From Chrysomallon squamiferum (lineage: Eukaryota; Animalia; Mollusca): DNA of 64,000 nucleotides. The DNA lies in the NCBI GenBank assembly GCA_012295275.1, contig CM022678.1:19344001-19408000 (forward strand), read 5' to 3'. The position numbers were made by a program, and so were the translations under genes. Below, in pieces: positions 15,627 through 31,070 of the stretch (the first letter of the stretch is position 1; each line of letters starts with the position of its first letter). The notes beneath the pieces are model-generated. The model worked only from the letters and a program-made list of their open reading frames with translations. It was not told the DNA's origin and searched no databases.

Positions 15627-16451
15627 CAATACTACTAATAATGTCCCTAAACAATTTGTCTGGCTTTCGAAATAATATTTTCTTTACTATTTAAATCTGC
15701 ACAGAATAATGCAGTATTACAAAGCATTTTTACACAGCTTTTACGACGATCATATCGTCTTTCTAAACTATTCGTGGAATTTCAAACGAAAATAGAAAGA
15801 AGTCACTTATATAACACTGACAGTTAGTTTCGCAGTAAGGAACATCCAGAGAGAACGTGTAAGTTTGATTTAAAAAATATTATTCCGGTCATATACTTTA
15901 TATTTAACTAAGAATTTATTCATTACTTATCCATTAAGTTATAACAATAATTCTCGAATAGTTAACTGATATAATAAGTTATAACTACAATTAAGTGCAA
16001 TATACAAATACCCACGAAGCAAATAACAGAACAAATTAACTAAAAATTCAGCTTAGTTCAAAACCGTAAGAAAATGTAAATCGATGATAAAATTTTGATA
16101 GCCTAATAAAAATTAGAATCTTTTAAAGGTAAAACAAATATTGGGTTGTCTTTCTTTTTCTCTTTTTCATTTTATTTTTTTTTAAATTCTTTTTTCATTT
16201 TTATGTAATTTAATTTAAAATTGTGAAGCAGGTCATTTTGTTTATTATTTTCTGGCCAAACACTCCAGTGTTGTGATTCCTCAAATTAAGATAAATAGAG
16301 AAAGAAAACTAAGTAGAGATGTGAGTTGTGTACAGGATAGTATTATTTCATCCTAACGACCCTGACAGCAACTATAGGAATCGAAGTATTTGATTTTATT
16401 TTATTTTTCGATATTCTTCTTCTTCTTCTTATTATTATTACTATTATTAAT

Positions 16452-16482
<31 letters not shown>

Positions 16483-16923
16483 CTGCTGTTCTTGTTGTTG
16501 TTACTGAACTAAATGGAGCAAGAAGAGACCACTCATATTTTTCTATTTTTTCTTACCTACACTCAGTAGACATACTATTTCTAATCGTGTTCATTGATAC
16601 GAATTTATGTATGTGGCTCATTTTTCTAATTCCACGAAAATTAGTCACATGTGCTCTGACTTTGTGTAATCACGTTCGCTAAAATTAATAGTTAAATTAC
16701 GTAGAAAATAAACGTATAAAGTTACATTTAAGATATTTATTTGATATCACATTTCTAAATCGTCCATCCATCCAGTATCTAGTTGCACAGACCAAATCAG
16801 TTCACTGAACGAACGTCTACCTTATACTTCTCTTTCCACGAAAACTACTAATGTATAGTTTCAGTTTGTTTAATCACTTTTGCTAAATAACTAAATTTAG
16901 TGGAAAATACTGCTGACGTAAAG

Positions 16924-16981
<58 letters not shown>

Positions 16982-17256
16982 TCCCATGATCAATTTGTCT
17001 GGCATTCCAAATAATATTGTCTTTAATATTTGAACCTAAATGTAATATTACCTTATAAAATATTTTTCACATAGCTTTTACAAGACTCATGTCGTCTTTC
17101 TGAACCAATTCGTGGAATTCAGAAACGTGGAATGTAGAAAGAAGTCATAGAGAAAGAAATATTATGGACATATGAGTTTTGTACAGGATAGTATTATTAA
17201 TCCGAACGAGCCTGACAGCAACTATAGGAATCGAAATATTTTATTTTATTTTTCGA

Positions 17257-17293
<37 letters not shown>

Positions 17294-17347
17294 TAGTGGA
17301 AAATATTGTTCAAGTTAGAATTAAGAAATATCTTAAAAAAAAATTCC

Positions 17348-17387
<40 letters not shown>

Positions 17388-17821
17388 TTGCTTCAAACGG
17401 TTTCATGCAGTAGATATTATATTTGTCTTTGAGTTCGTTGATCTGAATATTTAGCATATGTCTCTAATTTCACGAAGATTAGTCCTGTGTACTTTGACTT
17501 TGTTTGATCACATTCACTGAAATTAATACTAAGTTAGGTAGAAAATAAATATAAACTTCGTTTTAAATTGTGTGTTTGATATCACACTTGTAAATATGAT
17601 GATTCATCCAGTATCTAGTTACACAAGTCACATAAATTCGCTGAAAGAACGTACACCTTATACTTCTATTTCCACGAAAATTACTAATGCCTGGTTTCAG
17701 TTTGTTTAATCACGTTTACTAAATAACTTGGTTTAAAGTTATAATTAAAAAATACATCTTATTAATGAACTTTATTTAGTTTCATTTCTCTGGAGGTCAG
17801 AACACTGCGAAAGACAAACAG

Positions 17822-17903
<82 letters not shown>

Positions 17904-18592
17904 GAAAATAATAATAGCAATGGTAATAATAATGCCTCATGAACAGTTTTTAAATCTGGTATTCCGATCATAGACTTTATCTTTAATTAATAGTTTACTC
18001 ATTACTTGTCAATTAAATCATATGTATGATTTACGAATAATTAACTGATATATAAATTATAACTACAAGGAAGTGTAATATACAAATACCGTTAAAGCAA
18101 GAAAAACTAAAATTAAGAAAGTTTAAGAACTCGTATCGACGGAAATATTTTTTTTTGTTTGTTTTTTGTTTTTGGAACCTGATAGAAATATGGTGTTTAC
18201 AAAAAAATAACACAAAGATTTCCTTGTTCATTTTTATTTATTTATTTATTTTTTATTTATTATTTTCTATTATCTGTTTATTATTAATTCAATTATTGTT
18301 ATTATTATTAAAATTAGTATTATTATTATTAAAATTAGTATTATTATTATTATAATTAGTATTATTATTGTTTGCTGTAGAGGGTTTTCACGCAGTAGAT
18401 GTGTTCGTTGATCGCAATAGTTATCACTCTTCACAAAATAATATTTAAGTTAGCATTAAAGTATGTATCTGGTTAATAAATTGCATTTTGATCTGTAACA
18501 CTGTTAGGAAGTATAATAAACAAACACATAAAAAGCGAACAACACAAGACGTAAAATAAAATTCAACTTTGCTAAGAAAAGACAATATGTTA

Positions 18593-18665
<73 letters not shown>

Positions 18666-18696
18666 ATCAATACATATATATATATATAAAACAAGA

Positions 18697-18734
<38 letters not shown>

Positions 18735-19086
18735 GAAATAAAATTAGGAAGGCCTTGAGATCAGACTGATCTCGATATTCACATAAATAATTTTTTTATA
18801 GATATTATGTAATTAAATTTTAATATTTAAAGCTACACATATTCTGTCAAAAGAACTCAGTATTTTATTGTAATAGTAACTTAATAATAAAATGAACTAA
18901 CAAAGTGTAAAGCACGCAGATATAATAAGGAGACTTGGTCATGTATGTGTTTAGATTGTTGTCATGCCGCAAGTTCATAATATTACCTTATTAGGTGACA
19001 TCCCTTATATAGCTTTCTCATTGACTATATAGTTTTATTGTATCGATTTCTAGAATTTCAATAAGGAAACTAGACACCTGATTACA

Positions 19087-19171
19087 TATATATAAATCTG
19101 AAAAGGTAAAGCTATCACAGTTTTTGACTGTTCGTTTGAGAGTAAGGAAGAACCAGCGAGAACGTGTAAGT
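19087..19171 (+). promoter_or_regulatory. Candidate core promoter + non-coding first exon module (representative copy, upstream of copy 3)
   Basis: TATATAAA at 19089-19096, Inr-like CAGTT at 19118 (~30 nt spacing), then gactgttcgtttgagagtaaggaa...gagaacgt|GTAAGT with the donor at 19166. The ATG exons have an acceptor 4 nt before the ATG, so an upstream exon is expected. Sister donors lie at 6085, 7283, 8515, 15859, 26540, 27463, 30663 and 47637 (GTATGT). Confidence 0.55.
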
Positions 19172-19217
19172 TTGATTTGTTATTACGATCAGGTACTGGA
19201 TATTTAAGTAATATTTT

Positions 19218-19342
19218 ATTCATTACTTGTGCATTAAAATATAACATTCATTCATTACTTGTGCATTAAAATATAAAATTCATTCATTACTTGTGCATTA
19301 AAATATAAAAGTCATTCATTACTTGTGCATTAAAATATAAAA
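19218..19342. repeat. Minisatellite, 32-bp unit x4
   Basis: attcattacttgtgcattaaaatataa starts at 19218, 19250, 19282 and 19314; the sister modules (30722, 47687) have a single unit. Confidence 0.9.
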
Positions 19343-19772
19343 TATGTAAATTATAACTACCACGAAATGGAATACACAAACAGACGAGAAGCAGATAACA
19401 CAACACATTAAACCAAATTTCATCTTAGTTCAGAAATAAGAGGATCACATAAATCGATGCGAATGTTTACTGAAACCAGTAGGATTTTGATGCCCTAAAT
19501 AAAATTAAGATTTACAGAAGACTGAGAGAAAAATCTTTTTATTATTAGTATTATTATTTTATTATTTTATTTTTATACATTTAAAATGTAGACGCAGGTG
19601 ATTTCGTTGATTATTCCCTGAAGCAAACAAGAAACAGCTGTGCTCGTGTAAAAAGAAAAAAAAAGAAGAAAATTCCTGCTAAAACTGTTTAATAAATATT
19701 TCTTATACCTTACTCGCTATAGTTATTTAGTTTCATTTCTCTGAAGATCAGAACCCTGCGAAAGAAAAACAG

Positions 19773-19816
<44 letters not shown>

Positions 19817-19927
19817 CACAAAAAGAAGAGGAAGAAGAACAGATTGATTTTGGTACGTTCCAGAGAAAAGTACAGTGGAGCAAAAACACAATATTAATAA
19901 AATATTTTGTGACTTTCTTTCAGGATA

Positions 19928-20152
19928 ATGGCTGCGAAAACAGAGCAAAGCACAACGTCATTAGAGAAAGATTTTGGAAGGATCAAAATTGGTGAGAAAT
20001 ACCAGTTACAATGATAGTGAAATATTTGTATTATGTTGTATGACACTTTAAGCTGACGCTGTTCTGCTTATCTTAATAAATACAAAATTCTCTCACAGAT
20101 ATCCAAACTGAAATCAACATAAAAAACACATACACACAGATACATTTATATA

Positions 20153-20216
<64 letters not shown>

Positions 20217-22494
20217 CAGTAAACATAACATTTTCTGATTACTTCTCATTAATTTAAAAAAAGAAAACAAAAGAAAAACAAAAATGAAAAATTTACACTA
20301 CATATTTTAAGGAACGGATTCTTTTCGATCCGTATTTCTTCACCAAATTCGAATTACTTACATTTTATTTTTTAGCTACAGATGAGGACATTTCCTTCGA
20401 AAAGAGATTGGAATCGTTTCCTCACTCCTTTCATCTTACAGATCTCATGTTCTGCTCAAAACAGCTTAGAGAAAATTACTTGAAAAGTTTCAAGGAAAAC
20501 CGAAAGAAGAGAAATCGGGTGACAAGGAAGAATATGAAAATGAAAAGATAAGTTACAATCGCACCAACAATTTTGTCTCCTTCCTGCTGTTTGTGCTAGG
20601 AGATCGAGAGAAGGCAATCGAGATAAATTTGGAAGTCTGTCGTCGAGACCCTACTAACATTGTAGCTCGTGCAAACCGTGTGCGTTTTCTGTTAAAACAG
20701 GATAAGCGTTCTGCTGAATCAGAATTAATCGAACTGGAAAACCTGAAAGGAGACTTTGACAGAATGCGTGCTGTAGCTGAAGCTGAACTTGCTTATTGCT
20801 ACTCTGAACTAACACCAGCTTCTTATCCAAAGGCTCTGAAACTGTACAGAAAATTAAATGAGAATTATACTGAAGAATACGAGTGGAAATTTGTTGAGGG
20901 TCTAACTCTTAGACGAATTCTGTCCCCTCAAAGCTATTCAATTCAGTCAGGTATCGATGTGGTAGAATACGCTGTTAGATGCTATGAGCTGCTAGACGAA
21001 GTCGTCAGGAAGGGACCTGAACCTCTGAATGCGATGGCGTACGCAGAGCTTTTGGAATTAGCCAATCGGCTTGAATCAAAAACAACACCATTCGAAGAGG
21101 AAAATGTTGTGGAAAGAATTAAGGAACAAACAAATCTGCTTTCGTGTGAGAAATATTTCCAGACAGCTCTTCAATTAGACAACAACAGCAGTTTCGTACT
21201 GAAAAGGTGTGGCAAATATTTACTAAATGAAAATCAACTGGATGAGGCTGAGACAATGTTAGAACAGTCAGTCAGTCGTAATCCGACAGGAAAAGATTTC
21301 CATCACCTGGGAAAGGTTCTGCTGAAAAAAGCGATAAAACAAAACAACAGCGAAACACTTGAGCGTGCGATTGAAAATCTAAAACAGGCCGTTGAAATGT
21401 CACACGGGGAAAATTACCCTGCAGCGCTTGACTTGGCTTCTGCTTACCTGAGAAAAAACAGCTTCGAAGATGCCGAAAAGGTCTTAAAAGATATCATAGA
21501 AAGAGCTGAAAGTGATACCAATCCGTTCTGTTATATTAATGCTTTGAAAATGAAGAGTAGTATCTGTTGTCAGAATAATTGGAGACTGAGGGAAGAGGAA
21601 TTAAACTACAAAATTCTTGCTATAGAAGCTTCTGCCTCAGAAGTGCTTTACAAATATCACACTCATTTTAGAACGGTGACAGATTTGCTGAACCAAACGG
21701 ATGGTCCACGTGGGGTAAATATACCGTGGCAAGTTAAAAATGTCTACTGTATGATAAGTGAATTCGCCCGATCTCTTCCGATTTATGAGAAGATTCAGAA
21801 CCGAAATCTGGGATCACAAGACTGGATTGGAGTTACTGAGGAATATCTCAACCAACGAAAATACGAAAATGCCAGACTGTGTGTAAGTCTGCTGATGGGT
21901 ACGCAAGAAGCTGATTATATTCCGTTTCCTCTCGTCAGTCGAATTTATCTGAAAACAGCAGAGCACATGTTATCAAGAGGCATGTCACCGAGTAAAGTTT
22001 CGCCATGTTTCAGAAGGGTGTTTACGTTCTACTACAAAACGAAGAAAGAAGATGAAATAAATGGTGCTGATATCATGATTATCCATGATAAAGACGACTG
22101 TAATTCGTCTCAGATTTCAAAGAAGGTTCAGAAAATTCTGGAAAACTATACAGGTCTGAAAGTCACGAGGAATGATGAACTTGCCTTTGAAGGAATGGAT
22201 GATATCTCTTTTTACAAACGACTGATGCCTCTTATTCGATGCGTTGTTGTAGTTGTTAGTTCCGACACCCCAAACACACACTGGAAACAGGTAATTGATT
22301 TGGCAATAGCAACTGCTACGAAGAAGGAGAAGATGATGATTGTATGCTTGAAATCAGGAGAGACTCACCAAGTCACTGAACTGAATGATTTCAAAACAGG
22401 AAAAACTCCATCAGACGATGCAGACGACAAAGCTGCAGTGGACTGGCTGCTGGAAATTTTTCCTCTTCTTGTTAATGCTGACGGCAATTTGTAA
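19928..22494 (+). pseudogene. TPR-TIR-like gene, copy 3; exon 19928-19991, intron 19992-20375, exon 20376-22494; one 1-nt deletion (possibly an assembly error, so it may be functional)
   Basis: Reads MAAKTEQSTTSLEKDFGRIKI-A-TDEDISFEKRLESF. One A is missing at 20472-20475 (GAAAATTA vs GAAAAATTA in copy 2), giving TAA at 20549. The remaining 633-aa frame is open. Confidence 0.75.
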
Positions 22495-22571
22495 ATTTGA
22501 AGATTTACAAATCTTAACAATAATTTGAATTGAACTGTATGGATTGTTCAACTTTATTAATCGAAATAATT

Positions 22572-22627
<56 letters not shown>

Positions 22628-24063
22628 CACATGAAGATTAACAAGAACAACAATTATGCTAATAATTATATTAATATTCGGATTCCTTCTCGAAAATGCT
22701 TGAACTGGAAATGTTTTTGATTACTGATTTTTTTTAGTTTTAAGAACATGAAACATAGGTAGGAAAATACGATGCCTTTTAAAAGTCTAAATCCTTATAT
22801 AGATGTCCTACAGACATATATAGCTTAACATTTTTATCTACGTATACAGGTTGTACAGACGATCTAGTTATATTAATATATTTTTCAATAACTTTATGGT
22901 TGAAATGAAATTTGTGAAATCTAAAGTATGATATAAGTATCATGGTTTATTTGTAATATAATATAATATAATATAATATAATATAATATAATATAATATA
23001 ATATAATATAATATAATATAATTTAATTTAATATAAGTGTTTGTGTGTCTAACTGTCGATATCTATATACAAAGTAATTATGCTTGAATAAAATGCTGAT
23101 TTAGAGAATCCTTTTCTGGTATTATTGTTTTGTGTGTAATAGTGCCTCCAGGTTAGCGAATTATGTTAATGATAAAATCTTTGTATATGAAAAGAACGGC
23201 AACAAGAACAATAAAATGTAAGACAATTAATATCATTATATCATTGACATGAACAAAGGAAGAATAATAAGGTGAAAATGAAATTAATTTAAATTTGAAT
23301 TTTTATTTTTCATATTTAAATTTGGTTCTAATTCAAAAATATTGAAACAGTATGGACTACTAAAATACTATTAATACTACTTCTACTACTACAACAACAA
23401 CAACAACTACTACTACTACTACTACAATTAGTTATACTGTCACTACTGTTCCTAATCAACAATAATAAAATATATTATTAAAATTAATAAAACTTAAGAA
23501 AAAAATAAGAATATAAATAGAAACATTTGTTTATTACTATAATTGTTATTATTTTATTATTTAATGTGTTTACATTTAAGATGAGGATGGAGCTGATTTC
23601 GCTGAATAGTGTCTGATTCAGAGGCTATGCTAAACATGCTAAACACTACACAGCTTTGATTCCTCAAAATAATACAAAAAGAAAGAAAAAATCTACTAAC
23701 AAATATTTCTTATATCTTTTGGGTCTGTTTACTCGCTATGTTTATTGCAGATTTCAGTGACCTAATTTCATACACCTCTTTCTGTTTCTGTGCTGTTATA
23801 TATCGGCTCATTAGTTCGCAATGTTTACTTCACGTAACCTTATAAATGTAAAGAAGGGTACAGAGCTGTTTGCAATACGTAGTTAAAAACTAGAGACATT
23901 TCATTTATTTATTTGTTTATTGTTCTTTTATGTGACTGAAAAAATATCATTTTCTTCTTCTTCTTCTTCTTATTATTATTATTAGTTGAAACCATATCTC
24001 TGGAAACGAAAAGAATATAAAATAATAATGATAATAATACTAATACTAATAATAATAATGATA

Positions 24064-24143
<80 letters not shown>

Positions 24144-25249
24144 AAGAAGAAAACTAATGAACACTTCCATCTATCAGGTTAATTGGTGGAACCATGCTAG
24201 ACTGTTTCCACTCTTTGTTATGAATTGCAGTGTTAGAATATCTGTATTTTTTTAAATCCTGTATTATTAAATGGTTGTTAGTTTCGTATTTTGTTCTTTA
24301 TTTTTATAAATCCTTATTATTAGTTATCTATCAATCTGTCTCGCTGTAGTTTTCTTTTCAAAGTTTTATTTCAAGTTTACAGTTTTGTCAGACCAGCTTT
24401 ATCAAGCAGCAGCAGCAACAAATGGGTCTGTGTATCTGTGTATAGTAGTATTTCGAAATAACACTTCCCTTTGATTATTTTGGTATTCATTCATTTATAG
24501 CAGTTTCGTCATGCACACAGTTATTTCAAATATTTCATGACACAGTCTTGTAACGTAGACTGTGTACGTGTCATCAAAACATAAAATGTGGTCAGTTCAA
24601 ACGTTTACTTCCTGGGGACTGAACGTCGGCTCAATAGCAGTGGGAGATATACAAACAGAATTCGTACAATAAACAATAAAATCAGAACAAAATAAAAATG
24701 AAAATAATAAGGAAAGTAAAAATATCAAAAGGAACATTACAAAATATAAAATTATAAACAATTCAGTGATAACCAGCTATTATTATTTGAGTAGCTAATA
24801 ATAAATTTAGTGACGGAATAAGAGCGCCCTTTGATACAACACTAGCACTAGTCGGTTAGTTCGCCAATCCACGATCAAAGAAAGGGCGAATAAGTTCAAG
24901 TAATACACATAAAAGTACGTAAACCAGATTACATTACACACGTTCGCAACGGGAAAAGTGGCCACGTCTGTAACCTGTCTAGTTCAAGCTGTTCACATAT
25001 ATTAAAAACAGAAACAAATAAATAAATTATCTCATATAACAATAAATAAATGACCGGTATTAACTGAAATGAATAAACAGTACGTTTAGAAGTATCTTTC
25101 AGCATTTAGCTCAGAAATAATTATTTCGAAGGTTAATATTGAAGATTTACAGAATTGCAATCGTTAACTTTTAGTATTAAAAGAAATACTGTGTGACATG
25201 AATAGTTATATATCGATATCAAAGCATCTAGTTAACATAATCGTTTGTG

Positions 25250-26100
25250 TCAGGTGAGAATAATAGCGTCATGGTAAACTACCTAACAATGAGAGATCAC
25301 GTGACTAACATAATGCAGCAGTCTGTTCTGTTTTCAGGTCAGCTCGACATGTCGATAATAAAAATAATTCCAAAAGGACGACTGGTGTGCCTAAGTAAAA
25401 ATAAAAGATGGTGTTACATAAGTAAAGGCAGATAAAATAAAAATAAATTATGAAGTTCTTATTATGAAGCATGTTGGAATTCACAAATTGAAAATATTTA
25501 GGATGTCAAACCCGCCTGAGAAATACTGGCAAATAAATAAAGATGTACATTGTACGTGCATACTTCAACGTGTGAAGGCTGATTTTTGTTTTGTTTTCGA
25601 ATTTAACTTCAGAGAGAGTCAGTTCAACATTTACACGTACCCGGACCTAAACTTAAAGTCTTGAAAGCCATGTTTGGACATATCATATTTCTAAATAATA
25701 ATGATCATACATAATAAGGACATGCAGTGATTACTGTGTTTCTATTCTTGCATATAATAACATGACAATTTTAGAAAACATTCGTTATACAGGCTATATT
25801 ATTATTATTACTATTGCTACTACTACTACTACTACTATTATTATTATTATTATTATTATTATTGTTATTATTATTGTTATTGTTGTTATTGTTATTGTTG
25901 TTGTTGTTGTTGTTGTTATTGTTAGCCGCGACAAGCTTCCGTGCAACTGACAAATTGAAGCGAATCCGGAAAACGAAACCACTTCATGCACAGAGACTGG
26001 TGCACCTTTAGTTTGACCTCAGTAAAAAAAAATCTAACAGTTTATTTAAATATACACTAATAATCAAAGTTTATGCTATTTTTTTCTATCTGCACAAAAA
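25250..26100. repeat. Interspersed module with GATCACGTGA, 3 copies (also ~33350-33850 and ~45480-45980)
   Basis: Shared blocks gatcacgtga, aaag(a/g)tgtacattgtac and cctaa...ttaaagtcttg(a/g)aag occur in the same order in all three. Confidence 0.8.
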
Positions 26101-27133
26101 TTAATGTATTGATATATAGTAGTATTATAATAGTTTATAATAATAATAATAATAACAACAACTATGTTCTGGTGTGCACGTGTACATAATAAGGGGTTAT
26201 AGTCATGAATGTGTTTATACTGTTTTCACGTAAGAAGGTCATGAAGTGTAATACACGAATACACAAGAAGAAAATAGTAACATGGAAGATCTCTGGGCTT
26301 GATAACGTATGAAGCAAATCGATACAGTAAAGCTTTGTGATCAAAAATGTTTTTATATTGTTGTCACGCAACAAGGCTATTATATTACCTTGTCAGGTAA
26401 CTTCCTTTATATAGTTTAACTAGTTTTTGTTGAGTTTCAAAAAGTATAGTAAACACCTGATATATATAAAACTGAAAAGGTAAAGCTATCCCTGTTGTTG
26501 ACTGTTCGTTTGAGAGTAAGGAACAACCAACGAGAACGTGTAAGTTTTATTATTACGATCAGATACTGAATATTAAGGTAATATGTTATTCATTACTCAT
26601 TCATTATATATTCAAGATATAACTACCAGGAAATGTAATGTACAAATACACAAGAAGCAAGATTTATAGAAGCCTGAGTGAAAAATCTTCTTCTAATTAT
26701 TATTACTTTTGTGTTGTTTTTTTGGGTCAGTTCGATGATTATTCTCTGAAAGAGAAACTATAGGGCTATGACTCCTCAAAATAATATAAAAAGAAAAACA
26801 ATTCCTACTAAAAACTGTTTAGTAAATACTTCTTACATCTCCCGGGTCTCTTTACTGGCTACATTTCTTGTACATTTCAAAGACCTAATCTTTCACACCC
26901 ATTTCTGTTTCTGTAGTCTTATATACAGGCTGATATTTCGTATTAAATTTCTAAATAATTATTCAGTGTCTAGTTACACAATCGAAATAAATTCGCTGAC
27001 GAACGTAAACCTCATTCTTGTTTCCATAAATTACTTATTCGTGTTTCAGTTTGTTCGATCACGTTTACTAAATAACTAAATTTCAAGTTAGGATAAAAAA
27101 TAGATCATATTCACGAATTTTATTTAGTTTTAT

Positions 27134-27207
27134 TTTCTGCAGATTACAACCCTGCGAAAGGAAAAAAAAAATAATAATTTCTTTCGCAGGTTTGTAATCT
27201 GCAGAAA
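27134..27207. repeat. Inverted repeat, 27-bp arms (1 mismatch), 20-nt loop
   Basis: tttctgcagattacaaccctgcgaaag (27134-27160) pairs with ctttcgcaggtttgtaatctgcagaaa (27181-27207). Confidence 0.9.
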
Positions 27208-28118
27208 GATAGAAATTATTATTATTAGTATTATAATTATAGTTATTATAACAATACTAATGCCCGATCAACAATTTTCTCTAGCATTCAAAATGTTTTC
27301 TTTAGTATTTAAACCTAAACAGAATAATACAGTATTAGAACACTTTTTTACATAATTTTTACAACAATCATATCGCAATTCGTGGAATTCAGAAAGGAAT
27401 GTAGAAAGAATTCGTTTCTATAAGACTATAGTTTCCGAGTAAGGAACATCCAGAGAGAACGTGTAAGTTTGATTTAAAATGTGTTATTTCGATCATATAC
27501 TTTACCTTTAACTAATAGTTTATTCATTACTTGTCCTTTAAATCATAACTATGAGTCACGAATAGTTAAATGATATCAGTTATAACTACAACTAAATGCA
27601 ATATACTAATACCCAAGATATAAAACACAACAACAAAAAAAATTAAATTAAATAAAAACAAATAATAATAAAAAAATAAATAAATCAATCAATTAAAAAA
27701 AAAAAAAAAAACTTACCTCACAAACAGTAAGAACGGGTAAAACGATGGGAATTTTTTTTTCTAACCAGTAAAGTTTTGATAGCCTCATAAAAATTAGTAT
27801 TATATAAAGGTCAAACAAAAACTGGCCTTTTTATCTTTACTGTTTCTTTTTGTTTTAATTTTTTTTTTTTTTTTAAATTGATATATTATTTAAATAAAAA
27901 TTTTCATGTAGGTCATTTTTATTATAATTCTCTTGCGAAAACAGTACACAGCTGTGATTTCTCAAATCAATATATATAGAGAAACAAAACAATGACACTA
28001 CAAACGTTTTCATAAATATTTCTCACATCCTTACCGGTCTCTTCACTCGCTATAGCTCTTCATATTTCAATGACCTAGTTTCACACACCCGTTTGTGCTT
28101 CTGTATTGTTATATTTTG

Positions 28119-28153
<35 letters not shown>

Positions 28154-28649
28154 TATTATTATTATTAATATTGTTATTATTATTATTATTTGCTGTAAAC
28201 AGTTTTCACACACTAGACATGGCAGTTCTCGATGTTTTCATTGATGCCAATATTTATCGTATTTCTCAAATTTCACGAGAATTAGTCACGTGTGTTTGAC
28301 TTTGTTTAATCACGTTCGCGAAAATTAATAGTGAAATTATACACAAAACAAATATATAAATTTAGCATTAAATTTTGTATTTGACATCACATTTCTAAAT
28401 ATGTTCATTCATCAAGTATCTAGTTACACAAACCACATAAATTCGCTGAACGAACGTAAACCTTATCTTCTACTTCCTCGACATTTCTAATGCGTAGATT
28501 CAGTTTGTTTAATCACGTTTACTAAATAAATAAATTTAGTGGAAAATACTGTTAGCATTAAAACAAAATCTTATGAACATTATTATTATTAATATTATTA
28601 CTATTACTACTACTACTACTACTACTACTACGACTACTACTACTACTAC

Positions 28650-28689
<40 letters not shown>

Positions 28690-29159
28690 GTTGATGTTGT
28701 CGTTGTTGTTGTAGTTATTATTTGCTGCAAACTGTTTCATACAGCAGACATGGTTTTTCTCGATAGGTTAGTTGGTCCGAATATTTAGCATATTGCTCGA
28801 ATTTCATGAGAATTAGTCACGTTTTCGTTGACTTTTTAAAATCATATTCACGAAAATTAACAGCTAAACTAGTCAGAAAATAAATGTATCAAGTTTGCTT
28901 AAAATCTGGTATTTCACCTTTCTAAATGCTTTCATCAACCAGTATCTAGTTACGCAAACAAGATATTGGCTGAACGAACGCATACCTTGTTCTTCTATTA
29001 CTGATGTTCAATCACGTTTACTAAATAACTAAATTTCAGGTTATGATTTAGAAGTACAGGTTATTCACTAATTTTATTTAGTTTCATTTCTCTACAGATT
29101 ACAAGCCTGGGAAAAAACCCAGAAAAAAACCCAGATACTACTACTACTACTACTACTAT

Positions 29160-29200
<41 letters not shown>

Positions 29201-29707
29201 ATAATAATAATAATAATAATAATAACACCAATAACCATAATAATGCCTTGTGAACTGTTTTCTCTGGCATTCCAAATAATTATTCCGATTACATACTTTA
29301 TCTTTTACAAAAATCTTATTCATTACTTATTAATTTATAATTCCATTAAGTGATAACTTTGATTCACGAAGAGTTATCTGATATTTAAGATATAACTACA
29401 TTTAAGTGCAGTATACAAATTCCCATAAAGCAAATAACACAACAAATTAAGTAAACATTCAGCTTAGCTCAGAAAAGGTAAGAACAAGTAAATCGATGGA
29501 AAACTTTTTGGAACCAGTAAAATTGTGATGGGGCTGAAAAAATGTTATGTTTATGTAAAGGTAACATAAAAATTACCGTTTTTATTTTCATTTTACTATT
29601 TGATTTTATTTATTTATTTATTTATTTATTTATATATTTATTAATATTATTATCATTATTATGGCTAGTATTGTTATTATTAATTATGTTATTATTCGTA
29701 TTGCTAC

Positions 29708-29748
<41 letters not shown>

Positions 29749-30995
29749 GTTGCTGTAAACAGTTTTCACACACTAGACGTTGCAGTTCTTGATGTTTTCA
29801 TTGATCCGAATATTTATCGTATTTCTCCAATTTCGCGAGAATTAGTCACGTGTGCTTTGATTTTGTTTAATCACGTTCCCGAAAAGTAATACGAAATTAC
29901 ACAGAAAACAGATATATAAATTTAGCAGTAAATTTGTATTTGACATCCACTTTAAAAATATGTTCATTCATCCAGTATCTAGTTACACAAGTCACATAAA
30001 TTCGCTGAACGAACGTAAACCTTAACTTCTACTTCTACGAAATTACTAACGCGTAGTTTCATTTTGTTTAATCACGTTTACTAAAAAAAAAAATGTTTTT
30101 AGTGGAAATTATTATTAACATAAAAATTACCGTTTTTATTTTCATTTTACAATTTTTTACATTTTTAATTTATTTATTATTATTATTATTATCATTATTA
30201 TTATTATTGCTAGTATTGTTATTATTAATATTGTTATTATTAGTATTGCTACTATTGTTATTAATATTAATATTAATATTATTATTATTATTGTTGTTGT
30301 TATTTGACTGTGTTCTAGCGTGCACGTGTACGTAATAAGGGGTTATAGTCGTGAATGTGTTTATCCTGTTGCCACACAAGAAGGTCATGATGTGTAATAT
30401 ACAAATACACAAGAAGAAAATACTAAAAAGGAAGATCTCTGGGCTTTGTGGTCATGAATGTGTTTATATTGTTGTCACGCAACAAGGTTATTACGCTACC
30501 TTATCAGATAACTTCCTTTATATACTTTAGCTAGTTTTATGTTACCTATTTTTGCAGTTTCAATAAGTAAAGTAGACACCTGATATATATAAAACTGAAG
30601 AGGTAAAGCTAACCCAGTTGTTGACTGTACGTTTGAAAGTAAGGAACATCCAGCGAGAGCGTGTAAGTTTGATTTAAATTTTGTTATTACGATCAGATAC
30701 TGGATATTAAGGTTATATTTTATTCATTACTTGTGAATTAAAATATAAAATTCATTCATTATATATTCAAGTTATAACTACCAGGAAATGTAATGTACAA
30801 ATACACAAGAAGCAAATAACACAAACTTCATCTTAGTTCGGAAAAGACAAGTTCACATAAATTGATGCGAAGGTTTTCTGAAACCAATAGGATTTTGATA
30901 GCCTAATAAAAGTTAAGATTTATAGAACCGTGAGGGAAATATTATTATTATTATTATTATTTGTATGATTATTATTATTATTATTATTATTATTA

Positions 30996-31070
<75 letters not shown>

